Part shown: piece by piece, positions 63,470 through 64,000 of the stretch
How positions within the stretch are numbered: position 1 is the stretch's first letter
How the letters are laid out: the number at the start of each line of letters is the position of its first letter
Assembly: GCF_006345805.1 (NCBI RefSeq)
Contig: NC_042999.1
Coordinates: forward strand, 83,514,001 to 83,578,000
Direction of reading: 5' to 3'
Source: Octopus sinensis
Lineage: Eukaryota
Length of the DNA stretch: 64,000 nt
Made by a program: the position numbers and the translations under genes
The notes under the pieces: generated by a model
Told to the model about the DNA's origin: nothing
What the model saw: the letters and a program-made list of their open reading frames with translations, nothing else
Databases searched by the model: none

Positions 63470-63642
63470 GTATTTTCAAAGGGTCAGCCTTGTCACTCTC
63501 TGTGTCACGCTGATTATCCCCGAGAACTACGTTAAGGGTACACGTGTCTGTGGAATGCTCAGCCATTTGCACGTTAATTTCACGAGCAAGCTGTTCCGTT
63601 GATCGTATCAGCTGGGACCCTCGTCGTCGTAACCGGCGGAGT
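63470..63642 (+). mobile_element. Tail of SINE family C
   Basis: GAGAACTACGTTAAGGG...CACGTTAATTTCACGAGC...CCCTCGTCGTCGTAACC matches the tail of 7060-7411. Confidence 0.8.
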
Positions 63643-63679
63643 CTTTCTTCTTCTATGTGTATGTATATACTTATATGTA

Positions 63680-63747
<68 letters not shown>

Positions 63748-63760
63748 ATATATATATACA

Positions 63761-63876
63761 TTTTTCTGACGAAGAGCTCCGCTCGAAACGTTAATCCATC
63801 CTTCTTTCCTTCTTTCCTGAGCGTCCAATAACACTATACTTGTTCCACGTCCTCGCGTTGTTGTGTTTGTTCTTCG
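63761..63876 (+). mobile_element. Short Penelope-like repeat in (TA)n with an intact hammerhead core
   Basis: CTGACGA-A-GAGC(TCC)GCTC-GAAAC-GTT at 63766-63792. The downstream part matches ~46713-46790 (minus). Confidence 0.6.
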
Positions 63877-64000
63877 TACATATATATACACTTGTATGTA
63901 TACATATTTATGTATATACATGATATATATTCATGTATGTATGTATGTATGTATGTATGTATGTATGCATGCATGCATGGATATCAAGTAAACATTTGAC

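Overview
AT-rich, repeat-saturated eukaryotic DNA. The microsatellites and tRNA-headed SINE families strongly resemble an octopus (coleoid cephalopod) genome; this is recalled family knowledge, not a database search. No host gene can be called with confidence. The main element is a 6.1-kb Helitron (47487-53632, minus strand) with both termini, an A|T target and a 1,623-aa Rep/PIF1 ORF broken by only three single-base indels; its N-terminus carries nine 23-aa STPR-like repeats. Also present: a 404-bp non-autonomous Helitron; four Tc1/mariner relics (two mariner, one DD37D, one Tc1); RTE, I/Jockey-like and Penelope GIY-YIG relics; many SINEs, some as multimers bounded by one target-site duplication (TSD); and a 348-bp foldback element. 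The most interesting observations are: (1) four divergent copies of an apparently ORF1-only CCHC zinc-knuckle retroelement with no RT; (2) four minimal hammerhead-ribozyme motifs in short Penelope-like repeats; (3) a ~550-bp non-coding element always ending in (AAT)n; (4) the near-intact Helitron. Translations, alignments and coordinates were worked out by eye; boundaries of old repeats are approximate.
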